A stretch of 64,000 nucleotides of DNA from Eledone cirrhosa (lineage: Eukaryota), in contig OZ024741.1 of assembly GCA_964016885.1 (NCBI GenBank), forward strand, positions 324,012,001 to 324,076,000, written 5' to 3'. The translations under genes and the position numbers were made by a program. Below are positions 63,571-64,000 of this stretch, piece after piece. The notes under the pieces are model-generated. The model searched no databases. It was given only the letters and a program-made list of their open reading frames with translations, and had not been told where the DNA came from. Each line of letters opens with the position of its first letter. The first letter of the stretch is position 1.

Positions 63571-64000
63571 CTTTTATATATATATATATACATATGTATT
63601 TAATTAACGGCGATGAATTAGTTTTGCGAGTTTTTGATATGAAATCGTGTGTCGAAACAAATATTGTTATACTTGGGGAGGGTCATATTTGTGTAATATT
63701 GCCAGAATTAATAACAAAACACACTCACTGTTTGGTTGGTTTTCGCTTTTCGCTTCTGTGTCTTTTATATCGGTAATCTAATTTATTCGGTCCTCAATGT
63801 TGCCATTGGTTGACCGACGGTAAAAAATAATACAGATACAATATAGACACAAACACATATATATAGTTTATCAAAGTTCTTTCGTTGCACATCTGCAACA
63901 TCGTCAGTGGTGCTATTGTTTCCTCCCGTTGCATTGTATTTTCTACGCCATCTTTATTTTGTCTGTTTATATATTTATTAGTTTATTTTATTTTGTCTTC

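Overview
Eukaryotic, AT- and microsatellite-rich, repeat-dominated DNA with no recognisable host gene. The SINE types and repeat content suggest a cephalopod such as Octopus (inference). Bases 1-29.1 kb are a retrotransposon stack built on (ATT)n microsatellites. It contains three copies of a young Tx1/L1-clade LINE (+), two with intact ORF1 and ORF2, alternating with two apparently identical dead R4/Dong-clade RLE elements (-) at an exact 10,300-bp period, followed by an older, decayed Tx1 family. Bases 29-64 kb hold tRNA-SINEs, RTE-clade LINEs and RTE-derived short elements (three with twin-priming-type 5' inversions), a 5'-truncated Neptune-type Penelope element with an inverted pLTR, a decayed Tx1 and a mariner relic. 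The main signal outside the ORF track lies at 41-56 kb: about eight sequence-distinct type I hammerhead ribozyme motifs sit in fold-back or tandem Penelope-like repeats inside (TA)n, including two U3-A8 core variants and a ~516-bp tandem retrozyme-like unit. A degenerate HDV-like ribozyme may mark the 5' end of an RTE. All alignments and folds were made by eye, and boundaries of decayed repeats are approximate.
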